DNA of 64,000 nucleotides from an uncultured Actinomycetes bacterium (lineage in GTDB: Bacteria; Actinomycetota; UBA4738; JBBDHU01): contig CAZXFL010000003.1 in the NCBI GenBank assembly GCA_964640385.1, positions 100,725 through 164,724 on the forward strand. The letters run 5' to 3'. This document shows positions 17,857-29,781 of the stretch, in pieces. The notes under the pieces were generated by a model that was given only the letters and a program-made list of their open reading frames with translations, did not search any database and was not told where the DNA came from. Every line of letters begins with the position of its first letter. The stretch's first letter is position 1. A program made the position numbers and the translations under genes.

Positions 17857-19226
17857 GCGGCGACGGGGTCGCGTCTACGTCCCTGCGCCAACGGCTGCAC
17901 CGGCGCTTGGTCGAACGCGTCGACGCGGAGGTGTTCGGGTCGGTGTCGCGGGCCCAGCGCCGTCTCCGGGTACGTGAGGAGGCGCTGGCCATCCTTCGCG
18001 AGGAGGGGGAACTGTTGCCGCACGCGTCGCTGACGCGAGTCGTGAACGAGATCGCCGATCGTGTCGTCGGGCTCGGACCCATCGAGTCACTCCTGCGGGA
18101 CCCGGAGGTGACCGAGGTCATGGTCAACGGGCCCGGCGACGTCTACGTGGAGCGGAGGGGGCGGCTCGAGAGGGTGCCCGATGTCCTATTCGAGGGGGAG
18201 GAGGATGTCGTGCATGTGATCGAGAGGATCGTGGCACCGCTCGGTCTGCGGGTCGATGGATCGTCACCATATGTGGACGCCAGACTCGCGGACGGCAGCC
18301 GTGTGCATGCGATCCTTCCGCCCCTTTCGCTCTGCGGCCCCGTCCTAACGGTGCGCAAGTTCTCGCTGGCCCCACTCTCGCCCGAGGACCTGGTCGGCAG
18401 TGGAACGCTGGGTCCTCGGATGCTTCTGTTCCTCGCTGCGTGCGTCCGCGGGAAGGCGAACATCGTCATCTCCGGCGGTACCAGTTCCGGCAAGACCACC
18501 TTCCTCAACGTGATCTCCTCGTTCATCCCCGAGCGCGAGCGGCTCATCACGATCGAAGATGCGGCCGAGCTCCGGCTCGGGAAGTCGCACGTGGTCGGTC
18601 TCGAGGCCCGGCCGCCCAACGTCGAGGGCAGCGGCGAGGTGACGGTACGGGACCTCGTCCGGAACGCGCTGCGGATGCGCCCCGACCGGATCATCGTGGG
18701 CGAGGTGCGTGGCGGCGAGGCCCTCGACATGTTGCAGGCCATGAACACCGGCCACGACGGCTCGCTCTCGACCGCACACGCGAACTCCTCCCGCCACTTG
18801 CTCTGGCGGCTCGAGACGATGGCGCTGATGTCGGACATCGATCTTCCCGTCGAGCACGTGCGCGGGCAGGTCGCCTCGGCCGTCGACGTGATCGTCCACA
18901 TGGCCCGCCTGGCCGACGGCAGTCGGAAGGTCACCGATATCTGCACGGTCGAAGGGTTCCACGACGGACGTCCGGTCCTCGAGCACGTCTTCCGCCTCGA
19001 CCGATCGTCGGGATCGACGGGCGTCTTCGTCGGGTCCGGGCAGGAGCCGGCGCTGGCAGGGATCCTCGTCGAGCGGGGGGAACGGTTGCCCGACGGACTC
19101 TTCGGTAGTCATGCGGATGTCGCCGGTCCGCCCGGAAGGGGGTCCCGGGACCCGGGAACCCCCGCGGGGGCCGCGCCGTCGCCGTCCGATGACGAGATCG
19201 TGCTCGAGCCGGCGGTGTCCCGATGA
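17853..19226 (+). CDS. cpaF: Flp pilus assembly ATPase CpaF/TadA
   Basis: VirB11-family motifs: SGGTSSGKTT (Walker A), RPDRIIVGEVRGGEA, GHDGSLST. GTG start overlaps the cpaE stop (GTGA). Confidence 0.9.
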   Translation: MSGDGVASTSLRQRLHRRLVERVDAEVFGSVSRAQRRLRVREEALAILREEGELLPHASLTRVVNEIADRVVGLGPIESLLRDPEVTEVMVNGPGDVYVERRGRLERVPDVLFEGEEDVVHVIERIVAPLGLRVDGSSPYVDARLADGSRVHAILPPLSLCGPVLTVRKFSLAPLSPEDLVGSGTLGPRMLLFLAACVRGKANIVISGGTSSGKTTFLNVISSFIPERERLITIEDAAELRLGKSHVVGLEARPPNVEGSGEVTVRDLVRNALRMRPDRIIVGEVRGGEALDMLQAMNTGHDGSLSTAHANSSRHLLWRLETMALMSDIDLPVEHVRGQVASAVDVIVHMARLADGSRKVTDICTVEGFHDGRPVLEHVFRLDRSSGSTGVFVGSGQEPALAGILVERGERLPDGLFGSHADVAGPPGRGSRDPGTPAGAAPSPSDDEIVLEPAVSR

Positions 19227-19948
19227 TCCTCTGGATGTTGGCATGTGGCGCCACCGGGGCGGCGCTGCTCGGCACCTCATGCGTGGTTGCCGCCCGCGAC
19301 CATCAGCAGGTCACACCGCGCATCGGCCTCCCCGGCGCCCGTGCGCGGCGGCGTCCACTGTGGGCCGGCCGAGTCGGATGGCTGGGAGCCTTCCGTCGTC
19401 GGAGGCAGGCCGTCCTGCTTGCGTCGCAACTCGCAGAGATGGTGCGGTCCGTAGCCGGTGGCCTGCGTTCGGGAGCGTCGTTGTCCGGCTCGCTGGCGCT
19501 CACCGCGAAGGAGTCTCCACAGCCGGTCTCGGATGTGTTGTCGGGGGTCGTAGCCGGGGAGGCTGCCGGTGCGGGGCTCGATGACGGCCTCGCGCGCTGG
19601 GCGAGCGAGGCCGGGGACGACGACGTCGGGTTGGTGGTCGCCGCCGTCCGTATGCACCGGCGAGCCGGTGGCGATCTCCCATCGGTGTTGGACCGGCTCG
19701 CGGGAACGCTGGACGAGCGGACGGCGTGCCGCCGTGAAGTGCGGTCGCTGACGGCACAGGCCCGGCTCTCGGGGCTCGTCGTGGGTCTGCTTCCGGTCGG
19801 GTTCTTCGCGTTCCTGTCACTGACCTCTCCCAGGGATATGGCTGCGGCGTATGCCTCGCCCATCGGCGGGTTCGCCATCGTGGCCGGCCTGATGCTGGAG
19901 GGCGGTGCGTTCCTGTGGATCCGGCACCTCCTGCGGGTGGATCCATGA
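19223..19948 (+). CDS. tadB: Flp pilus assembly protein TadB (T2SS-F domain)
   Basis: Membrane protein with a GspF-like domain. Its ATG overlaps the cpaF stop. Confidence 0.8.
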   Translation: MILWMLACGATGAALLGTSCVVAARDHQQVTPRIGLPGARARRRPLWAGRVGWLGAFRRRRQAVLLASQLAEMVRSVAGGLRSGASLSGSLALTAKESPQPVSDVLSGVVAGEAAGAGLDDGLARWASEAGDDDVGLVVAAVRMHRRAGGDLPSVLDRLAGTLDERTACRREVRSLTAQARLSGLVVGLLPVGFFAFLSLTSPRDMAAAYASPIGGFAIVAGLMLEGGAFLWIRHLLRVDP

Positions 19949-20781
19949 TGGCCCTGCTTGCACCTCTTCTCGGGGCCCTGGCGGTGGCCTGCGTCGTGTT
20001 GGCTTCATGGCCCGATGGCCGGCGGGGCTTGCTGGTGATGGCCGGACCGGTCCTACCGAGAGACGGTGCACCCATGCGGCTCCGCCGGCAGCACCTCGGT
20101 CGCGTCGGGGCGTCTCGCATCGGGTCGCTGATCCGGGGATCGAAGCCATCGCCGCTCAGCGGCGCAGCCGGCTGGTCGGGAGAGGAACTCGCCGGGGCAC
20201 AGATCCTCGTCGGGACGGGAGTCGCGCTCGGCTCGCTACTCGTCGGCGTCCCCCTCGCTGCCGGTGCGATCCTGGCCGTCCTTGCCGGCGCCCTACCGCG
20301 GCTGTTCGCCGGTCGTGCGGCGCGAGCGCGGGCGGCTCGGATCGATCGCGAGGTCCCTCAGCTCCTGGACCTGCTCGCCGCCGCGGCGTCCGCGGGACTC
20401 GCGGCTCCGCTGGCGCTTCGCCGCGCCACCGAGGGGCTGCGCGGTCCGCTCGCGACCGAGCTCGGGGACGCGTTCGGGAACGTGTCCCTCGGCGGCCGAT
20501 GGCGACACGAACTCGCTGGGCTGGCCGAGCGGCTGGCCAACGCAGACCTCCGTCGCATGGTTGCCGTCGTCGCGCGGACCGAGCGTCTCGGGATCCCCCT
20601 TGCGGACGCCGTGACCGGACTCGCGTCCGAGGTCCGGCGAGCACGCCGCGATGCCGCGATGGAGCGCGCGCGCAAGGCCCCGGTCAAGATGCTCCTTCCC
20701 CTCGTGTTCATGATCCTGCCTGCGTTCCTCCTCCTCACGGTGGTTCCGGTGCTGGTGTCGACCGTCCGGTCGATCCGATGA
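19945..20781 (+). CDS. tadC: Flp pilus assembly protein TadC (T2SS-F domain)
   Basis: Second GspF-like membrane protein. ATGA overlap with the tadB stop. Confidence 0.75.
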   Translation: MMALLAPLLGALAVACVVLASWPDGRRGLLVMAGPVLPRDGAPMRLRRQHLGRVGASRIGSLIRGSKPSPLSGAAGWSGEELAGAQILVGTGVALGSLLVGVPLAAGAILAVLAGALPRLFAGRAARARAARIDREVPQLLDLLAAAASAGLAAPLALRRATEGLRGPLATELGDAFGNVSLGGRWRHELAGLAERLANADLRRMVAVVARTERLGIPLADAVTGLASEVRRARRDAAMERARKAPVKMLLPLVFMILPAFLLLTVVPVLVSTVRSIR

Positions 20782-20795
20782 GAAGGAGGTATCCG

Positions 20796-20984
20796 ATGTT
20801 GCAGAGGTTGTACGTCCGGCTACTGCTGGCTCGCGAGGAGGGCCAGACGACGGCCGAATACGCGCTGGTGATCCTGGCCGCGGCCGCGGTCGCCGTGGTC
20901 CTGATCGCGTGGGCGAAGTCCTCGGGCAAGCTGCCCTCGTTCTTCGACAACATCATCGATCAGGTCACCGGGAGTGCCTCGTAG
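20796..20984 (+). CDS. flp: Flp family type IVb pilin
   Basis: 62-aa prepilin with the Flp motif EGQTTAEYALVILAAAAVAVVLI, preceded by a GAAGGAGG RBS. Confidence 0.7.
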   Translation: MLQRLYVRLLLAREEGQTTAEYALVILAAAAVAVVLIAWAKSSGKLPSFFDNIIDQVTGSAS

Positions 20985-21354
20985 CCAGCGGGCCTCGTCG
21001 ACCGTCGAGTTCGCCCTGGTCTTGCCGCTGCTGCTCATCGTCCTGCTGGGCGTGGTGCAGGTCGGTCTCGTGATGCGCGACCAGTTGCGCGTCTCGCAGG
21101 CGGCCCGCGAGGCGGCCCGCGAGGCGACGGTCACGCTGGACGAGGCGGCGATCAGGGGGGCGGCCGAGCGCTCCGGCCTGGACGGGGCGAGGCTCGAGAT
21201 CGGCATCACTCGCGAGGGTGGTGCTCCCGGCGATGCGGTTGCAGTCGCCGTCACCTATCACGAACCTGTGGTGGTCCCCTTCGTCGGTTGGCTCTTCTCC
21301 GACGGGTTCGTCCTGACGGCGGCAACGACGATGCGTCAGGAGGTATCGGCGTGA
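20974..21354 (+). CDS. tadE: TadE-like pilus assembly protein
   Basis: N-terminal TadE signature STVEFALVLPLLLIVLLGVVQVGL. Confidence 0.65.
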   Translation: MPRSQRASSTVEFALVLPLLLIVLLGVVQVGLVMRDQLRVSQAAREAAREATVTLDEAAIRGAAERSGLDGARLEIGITREGGAPGDAVAVAVTYHEPVVVPFVGWLFSDGFVLTAATTMRQEVSA

Positions 21355-21719
21355 GGGACGAGCGCGGGTCGGTCACCGTCCTGGCCGCGGTGCTGGTGCT
21401 GATCGCGGCGGTCCTCGCGCTGGGATCGGCGGATGTCGCCCGGGTGTTGGCGGCGGCGCAGGCCGCCCAAGACGCCGCCGACGCCGCCGCCCTCGCCGCG
21501 GTGCAGGAACTGGCTCTGCCGACCGACGCCACCGCGGCAACCCTCGCGTCCGAGTACGCGGAACGCAACGGTGCAACGTTGATCGGATGTGAGTGTGCGG
21601 AGGGAGGGCTCGCGGTCCGCGTGGAGGTGCAGCGGAGCGTCGGATCTCTCTTGCTGGTGCCAGGCGAACGCGTCGTGACCGCGGGGGCGAGAGCGGTGGC
21701 GGAGCCGGCGGCTCAGTAG
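21351..21719 (+). CDS. TadE/TadG-like pseudopilin-type protein
   Basis: GTG overlaps the tadE stop. A hydrophobic N-terminus (SVTVLAAVLVLIAAVLALG) and an Ala-rich mature part, as in the Rv3655c-type proteins of actinobacterial tad loci. Confidence 0.5.
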   Translation: MRDERGSVTVLAAVLVLIAAVLALGSADVARVLAAAQAAQDAADAAALAAVQELALPTDATAATLASEYAERNGATLIGCECAEGGLAVRVEVQRSVGSLLLVPGERVVTAGARAVAEPAAQ

Positions 21720-22744
21720 AGCTGGCGGAGGCCCTTGACGTCGCCGCGGCCCCACGTCCGGTAGGTCTTGGAGCACTCCGGCAGCCCGAAGATGCTCATC
21801 GTGAGGTTCCCGTGCGCGGCACCTACGTGGGCGATCCCGAACGTGTGCCCGCGTTCGTGGGTCGCGATCCCCTGAAGGTCGTACGCGTTGTTGCAGCCGT
21901 TGCCGATGTCGATCGTCCAGTTGCTGTTGTCGTCGATCCGGATGTCGGCCTCGACCAGATCATCGATCCCGCTCGCGGTCATCGACCACGAGCAGTTGAT
22001 GGCCGCGGCCGGAGCCTGGAGCGAGCCGAAGTCCATGACGCTGGTGCCGTCGTTGTTCAGGCAGTTCAGGTTCTGGCTGATGTTCGCCCCCTCGGTCGTG
22101 TCTCCGAGGTAGTTCGTCGAGAGGCTGACGCGGTCGGGCATCCCGCAGCTGTTCTTCTGGTTCGCCACGTTGGCGGTGGCCGAGACGACCGCGGCTTCGG
22201 CCTGGACGGCCGTCAGGTTCCCCGGCGTCGTGCCCATGTTGAAATACCAATCGAAGGTTTCCGACGGTGGGAGCGCGTACCCTTCGAGCGAGTACGTCTT
22301 GTCGTTGCAGGCCTTCGGGCACGACTTGCAGGGCGTGCCCCCCGAACCCGTCGCGGCCGTCGCGACGATACCCGCCTGCGCATCGTCGCCGACGTCATCG
22401 AGCGTGATGCTTCCGTCGGCGTTGGACGTGATCGTTAGGGTCTGGATGCCGCCGGGAAGTTCCGCCGAAGCCGTCACGCCCATGCTCGCCGCCGGCACCG
22501 TCGCGCCGACGCCGTGATCGGTCAGGGTGCGGCCGCGCAGGTCGCAGGCCGTTCGGGCCACCTTCCCGGGGAGGACGCCGGCGTCCAGGGGGCCCGCCAC
22601 GCGGCAGGCGGCCAGCTCGGCCGCCCCGCCCGAAGCCCCGAGGGCCGGGAGCCCCGGGGCCAGCACCACGAGCGTGGTGACCAGCGAGAACAGCAGGACC
22701 GGCACCAGGAGCCGGGCGCGTTCGATGGATGTCTGTGTGGTCAT
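21713..22744 (-). CDS. secreted zinc metalloprotease (metzincin, HExxHxxGxxH)
   Basis: Signal peptide (LLVPVLLFSLVTTLVVLAPGLPALGA). Zinc-binding motif HERGHTFGIAHVG. Many Cys residues. Convergent with the tad locus. Confidence 0.75.
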   Translation of the reverse strand: MTTQTSIERARLLVPVLLFSLVTTLVVLAPGLPALGASGGAAELAACRVAGPLDAGVLPGKVARTACDLRGRTLTDHGVGATVPAASMGVTASAELPGGIQTLTITSNADGSITLDDVGDDAQAGIVATAATGSGGTPCKSCPKACNDKTYSLEGYALPPSETFDWYFNMGTTPGNLTAVQAEAAVVSATANVANQKNSCGMPDRVSLSTNYLGDTTEGANISQNLNCLNNDGTSVMDFGSLQAPAAAINCSWSMTASGIDDLVEADIRIDDNSNWTIDIGNGCNNAYDLQGIATHERGHTFGIAHVGAAHGNLTMSIFGLPECSKTYRTWGRGDVKGLRQLY

Positions 22745-22892
22745 GTCGTCGGTTGCCTCTCCCCTTGGATATCGGTCCCGGACCGGACGCCTTGAGCCTG
22801 AGGGCGCCCGCTCGCCGGATGGGGATATCCCGAACCCCCATCCGTCGCGAGGCCTCACCGGATCGCGCGCCCGGGTGTACGATGCCTCCACC

Positions 22893-23282
22893 ATGGCGGG
22901 GCTCGTCGCGAGGAAGAAGAAGCAACCGCTCGGCGTGATCGACTACACGCTCGCGAAACGGGCGCTCCTTCGGCGCGCGCGCGTCGGGATGCTCTCGACC
23001 TTCGAGATCTGCGATGCGCATCCCGAGCTGATGCGCGCGGCCAAACATGTCGGCGAACCCGCCTCTCGAGACTGCCCGGTCTGTCGCCGTCACGAGCTGC
23101 GGTTGCTGGCCTACGTCTACGCCGACGGGCTCAAGCAGAACAGCGGCCGGGTGTGGGCGCTTGACACGGCATTGCTCATGACCGCGAAGTACCACGGCGC
23201 CTCGTGCTACGTGGTCGAGGTCTGCACGTCCTGCCAGTGGAACCACCTGTCCGAGGCGTTCGTGGCCCGCACGGCCGGCTGA
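22893..23282 (+). CDS. DUF5318-like conserved actinobacterial protein
   Basis: CxxC...CxxC protein (RDCPVCRRHE...VCTSCQWNH) located immediately upstream of a class A PBP, as is typical for this family. Confidence 0.55.
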   Translation: MAGLVARKKKQPLGVIDYTLAKRALLRRARVGMLSTFEICDAHPELMRAAKHVGEPASRDCPVCRRHELRLLAYVYADGLKQNSGRVWALDTALLMTAKYHGASCYVVEVCTSCQWNHLSEAFVARTAG

Positions 23283-23393
23283 CGCGCCCTGCCCGCCTCC
23301 GCCGCCCCCCAGTCGCGCCTCCACAGGATCGCAACGAGGATCTGAGCCCGCCTGCCTGGTGCCCTCGGGGGTCGTCGGTATCATGAGGACGTC

Positions 23394-25631
<2,238 letters not shown>

Positions 25632-25634
25632 CCG

Positions 25635-27743
25635 CTAGTTCGTCGCCAGCTCCCGGGGGGTCGGGACCATGTCCAGCGGCAGCGTCGCCACGATCGTGGT
25701 GCCCGATCCGGGGCTGGAGCGGACGACGAACGTGCCGCTGGCCAGTTCGATCCGCTCGCGCATCGAGGCCAGCCCGACCTTGCCGGCCCGCAGGAAATCG
25801 CGCGCCTGGTTCGGGTCGAAGCCGATGCCATCGTCACCGATCTCGAGCTTGAGCTGACCGGCGACGGCGTCGACCGTGACCGTTACCTCCGAGGCGTGCG
25901 AGTGTTTGCGGGCGTTGGTGAGCGCCTCCTGCACCAACCGGTAGGCGAGCGTCTCGAGGTCGGACGGCACCTCGACCAGCGACCGGCTGCGGAACTGTGT
26001 CTGCACCTCGTCGTCGCGCCCGAACCGAGCCAGCGTCTCCTGCAGCGCCGGGACCAGGCCGCGCTCCTCGAGCAGCGGCGGCCGCAGGTTCCCCATCAGG
26101 CGCCGCAGGTTGTCGGCTTCCTCGGAGAGCTGCCCCCGGATCTTCATCAGCGTCTCGATCGCGCGCTCCGTGTCCCCGGATTTGAGCATCAGCAGGACGG
26201 CCTCGAGTGAGAGCGTGGCGGCGGAGACGCCCTGGACCGGCCCGTCGTGAAGGTCCCGCGCCACTCGGTTGCGTTCCGCCTCGATCGCGGCGTTCGTCCG
26301 CTTGAGCAGCCGGGTCCGGTCCTCGTCGCGATCCTGGAGGAACTGGAAGAGGGAACGGATCGTCTGGTCCGCCACCTTGGCGGCCGTCGCATCGCGGACC
26401 AACAGCAAGGTGCCGGGCGGGTTGCCGGGGATCTTGGAGGTGCGCGCTTCGAGGAACACCTCGTGTCCCTGGCGATCGAGCGCCGCCTGCCCGGTCACCA
26501 GCAGGGACGCGATCGAGGCTCCTCCCGGAGCGGACGCGGCGACCCGGTCCCACGGCTTGCCTACGACGAACGCCCGCTCCAGCCCGACCATCTCGCAGAA
26601 CGCTCCGTTCGCCTGGCGCACCACGTCGTCGGGGTCGAGCTCGACGATCCCGTCGACCGCGGCGTCGAAGAGGAGCCGCAGCCGTTCCTCGGACTCGGCC
26701 AGCGTGCCCATCGCGCGCTGCAGCTGCTCCATCGCGTGGTCGGTCTCGTGGAGGGCTGCTTCGCGTTCCGCGAGCGCCTCGTGTGCGGCCTCGGTGGCCG
26801 CGGTGCTGCGCACCTGGTTCACCAGGATGCGGGCGGCGATGGCTCCTCCGAGGAGAGCGATCAGGATGGCGCCCTCCCGCAGACTCGCGCTGCCCCGAAC
26901 CTGCAGCGCGGCAACGATCCCGAGGCTCCCGGCCGCGGATGCGACCGCGATCGTCGTCAGGACCGGGCGCCCCCAGCCCGCGCTCGTCACCTGTCGGGCA
27001 TGCTCCTCGGGCCGGACGACCATGAGCCCGGCGAGGACGAGCGCGGCGAGTCCGAGGGGGATGTCCAGGGCGGGAAGGCCCCACGCATCGATCCCACGCA
27101 CCCACAGGCTCCCGACGGTCAGGGTGGCACCGGCGAAGACCCCGACAACCGAGAGCTGGCCGAAGTGCGACGGGGAGGGGACCCAGAGCGTGAGCGCGAT
27201 GAACGAGGTGATGGCGACCGCCGCGGTCGCCGCGAACAGGGCGCTCCACAGGAGCGCTGCGAGCTCCTGGTTCGCACCCTCCGGTCGGATCAGCAGGTAG
27301 ACGACGCTGATCATCGCCGTCGCGATCAAGGCGACGTCGGCGGAGATCTCACGCCGGTCCTCCCGGACGAAATGGTCCCGGAACTGCACCCGGGCCGGGA
27401 AGATCAAGATCGCGCCGATGACCAGGAAGAGCAGGTCCGAGGTGCCGCCCGCGCGTCCCGTGCCTTTGCCGAGGTCGTTCCAGAGCTCGATCGCCTTGGC
27501 CAGGGCCATGACTCCCATCGCCACCCCGAACGGGAGGGTCCCCTCCCACGCCTTCGGCATCCGCGCGCGCCTGAGGATGACGGCGGTCGAGAGCGCCGCA
27601 ACGCCGAACAGGGCCACATCCGAGACCAGCTTTCGAACGCCCGGGTCATCGGGCGCAAGGACGTACGTCAGGACGAACACGCTCCCTGCAAGTGCGAGCG
27701 GGATGATCTCACGTCGGGCGTTCTTCGTGCCTGGATGCGCCAT
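25635..27743 (-). CDS. multi-pass membrane sensor histidine kinase (polytopic sensor domain + PAS + HisKA_3 + HATPase_c)
   Basis: About 300-aa N-terminal region with multiple TM helices. PAS (FDAAVDGIVELDPDDVVRQANGAFCEMVGL). H-box RNRVARDLHDGPVQ. HATPase N-box LVQEALTNARKHSHA and G-box DDGIGFD. Confidence 0.85.
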   Translation of the reverse strand: MAHPGTKNARREIIPLALAGSVFVLTYVLAPDDPGVRKLVSDVALFGVAALSTAVILRRARMPKAWEGTLPFGVAMGVMALAKAIELWNDLGKGTGRAGGTSDLLFLVIGAILIFPARVQFRDHFVREDRREISADVALIATAMISVVYLLIRPEGANQELAALLWSALFAATAAVAITSFIALTLWVPSPSHFGQLSVVGVFAGATLTVGSLWVRGIDAWGLPALDIPLGLAALVLAGLMVVRPEEHARQVTSAGWGRPVLTTIAVASAAGSLGIVAALQVRGSASLREGAILIALLGGAIAARILVNQVRSTAATEAAHEALAEREAALHETDHAMEQLQRAMGTLAESEERLRLLFDAAVDGIVELDPDDVVRQANGAFCEMVGLERAFVVGKPWDRVAASAPGGASIASLLVTGQAALDRQGHEVFLEARTSKIPGNPPGTLLLVRDATAAKVADQTIRSLFQFLQDRDEDRTRLLKRTNAAIEAERNRVARDLHDGPVQGVSAATLSLEAVLLMLKSGDTERAIETLMKIRGQLSEEADNLRRLMGNLRPPLLEERGLVPALQETLARFGRDDEVQTQFRSRSLVEVPSDLETLAYRLVQEALTNARKHSHASEVTVTVDAVAGQLKLEIGDDGIGFDPNQARDFLRAGKVGLASMRERIELASGTFVVRSSPGSGTTIVATLPLDMVPTPRELATN

Positions 27744-27892
27744 CTAGCCCACTACTATGCAGGGAGAACGTCCGTTGTCCAATCGGCCGGATGGGGAAGG
27801 CCCGCAGGGGTGTCCGGGGGATATCCACTAGTCATTTCAGACTAGGGCTTCAGGCCCAAGGTCGAGTACATCCGGGCATGGGCGCGGTCGAC

Positions 27893-28573
27893 TCACTCGA
27901 TGAGCCGGCGGCGCAGGGCCTCTGCGACGGCCGCGGTCCGGTCCGAGGCGCCGAGCTTCTCGAAGATGTGCTCGAGGTGGGTCTTGACCGTGTCCGGAGA
28001 GATGAAGAGCTTCTCGGCGATGTCCTTGTTCGTGTGACCGAACGCGAGGAGCTGCAGCACTTCGATCTCCCGCGCCGTCATTGTGTCCGCCTTGCGGTCG
28101 CGTTCCTTCGCATCGGAGAGCTCCTCGGCCAGGGCGACCACCAGCTGCGGATCGATGACCATGTTGCCGCTGGCGACCAGACGAACCGTCTGGATCAGGT
28201 GCTCGGCGTCCCGCGCCTTCAGCACGTAGCCGCGCGCGCCCGCACGGACGGCTTCGACGACGAACTGCCGGTCGTCGTAGGCGGAGAGCATGATGACGTT
28301 GACCTCCGGGTGGTTGGCCCGGATCTCGCGAGCGGCCTCCAGGCCGTCCATCTCCGGCATCCGGATGTCCACGAGCGCGATCTGCGGCTTGGTCTGGTCC
28401 AGGACCTCGAGCAGCTCCCGGCCGTTGGCCGCTTCGCCGACCACCTCGATGCCGTCGGCGGTCTCCAAGTAGCGCCGCAGCCCTTGGCGGACCAGGGAGT
28501 GGTCATCGGCGATGGCCACCCGTACCGTCTTGTCGCTCTCGTCCGCCACGGTCTTGTCGCTATCGTCCGCCAC
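27893..28573 (-). CDS. two-component response regulator, NarL/LuxR family
   Basis: REC domain (VRVAIADDHSLVRQG...ALVDIRMPEMDG) and a LuxR-type HTH (LTAREIEVLQLLAFGHTNKDIAEKLFISPDTVKTHLEHIFEKLG). Confidence 0.9.
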   Translation of the reverse strand: MADDSDKTVADESDKTVRVAIADDHSLVRQGLRRYLETADGIEVVGEAANGRELLEVLDQTKPQIALVDIRMPEMDGLEAAREIRANHPEVNVIMLSAYDDRQFVVEAVRAGARGYVLKARDAEHLIQTVRLVASGNMVIDPQLVVALAEELSDAKERDRKADTMTAREIEVLQLLAFGHTNKDIAEKLFISPDTVKTHLEHIFEKLGASDRTAAVAEALRRRLIE

Positions 28574-28580
28574 GGTGCTC
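28531..28580. repeat. 24-bp tandem duplication inside the response-regulator 5' end
   Basis: gtcttgtcgctctcgtccgccacg / gtcttgtcgctatcgtccgccacg encodes DDSDKTVA-DESDKTVR. Confidence 0.7.
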
Positions 28581-28620
28581 CCCTCCGGATCAGGTCCCCC
28601 GATTCTAGTCGGGTCGCCCC

Positions 28621-29781
28621 TCAGAAGATGAAATGGGCGTTCACGAACAGCACGGTGAGCACGCCCAGGCCTGCGGCCGAGACGCCCACGATCAGCGTAT
28701 GCCGGAGCCGGCGGCGGTCGGCGAGTTCGGCCAGCGCCCAGAAGATCGGGAACAGCGGCAGGATGAAGCGGGGCATCGACATCAGGGGCCGGTCCGGCCA
28801 GATGAGGCTCAGTGGCGCCAGGATCCCCAGCCAGGTGAAGACGCTGAACGCGGGCCGGAACCGGATCACCCCGTAGGCGGCGGCGGCCAAGGCCGGGACT
28901 ACGATGAGCCAGTCGAGCAGGAGGTAGCCGCCGTCGCGGAACGCGCCGGTCGTGGCGGCCACCAGTGTGGCCGGTGGGAAGGCGGCCTCCCGGTCCCAGT
29001 TCGACTGGAACCGCAGCGGTGCCAGGGTGTCACCGGTCTTGGCCTGCCAGTACCAGAGGTAGGCGCCGAGACCGAGCGGCACGACTCCCGCCCACAGCAC
29101 CATCCACATGGATCCGCGCTTCTCACGCCACTGTTGGATCGCCTCGACCGCCAGAGCGGGCGCGAGGATCACCCCGACGCTCCGGGCCGCCGCCGCGAGC
29201 GCTCCCGAGGCCGCGGCCGCAGGCCATCGGGCTCGCCGCGCCGCCCAGAACGCCGTGACGGCGAGCAGCAGGAACAGCGATTCGCCGTACGGGGCGAGGA
29301 AGAAGAACGACGTCGGGAAGATGCTGATGTACAGGACGGCCTTGCGTGCCTTGGACTCCGAGAGTTCGGAGCGCGTCAGCAGGTAGAGCATGCACAGCGC
29401 TCCGAGGAAGGCGAGGTTCGAAACCAGGAACCCGGCGGCGAGGGGACGGCCGCCCAGCACCCACGATGTTCCCCGCACCGCAAGCGGGAACAGCGGGAAG
29501 AACGCGGCGCTGCCGTCGTCGGTCCGGTAGCCGCCGTCGGCGATGCGCAGGTACCACAGCGCGTCCTGCTCCTCGAACGACGTGACCACGTTGTGGAGCC
29601 CCGGGGTGTTCGTGTCGTCGGGCCAGCCCGGCGCCGAGACCGCGGCGCGATCGGGCAGCAGCCCCGTTGCGACGTAGCCGAGGATGAGCAGCCCGATGCG
29701 CACCGCGAGGAACACCCTGATGCAATACAGGAGTCCGGCGCGGGTCTCGGGGTCGATCCGTCGGCGCCTCGCGTCCGTCAT
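28621..29781 (-). CDS. polytopic membrane protein, GT-C-fold glycosyltransferase-like (PIG-V/mannosyltransferase-like)
   Basis: About 10 predicted TM segments. Its ATG overlaps the upstream GT87 stop (ATGA). The family assignment is tentative. Confidence 0.55.
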   Translation of the reverse strand: MTDARRRRIDPETRAGLLYCIRVFLAVRIGLLILGYVATGLLPDRAAVSAPGWPDDTNTPGLHNVVTSFEEQDALWYLRIADGGYRTDDGSAAFFPLFPLAVRGTSWVLGGRPLAAGFLVSNLAFLGALCMLYLLTRSELSESKARKAVLYISIFPTSFFFLAPYGESLFLLLAVTAFWAARRARWPAAAASGALAAAARSVGVILAPALAVEAIQQWREKRGSMWMVLWAGVVPLGLGAYLWYWQAKTGDTLAPLRFQSNWDREAAFPPATLVAATTGAFRDGGYLLLDWLIVVPALAAAAYGVIRFRPAFSVFTWLGILAPLSLIWPDRPLMSMPRFILPLFPIFWALAELADRRRLRHTLIVGVSAAGLGVLTVLFVNAHFIF

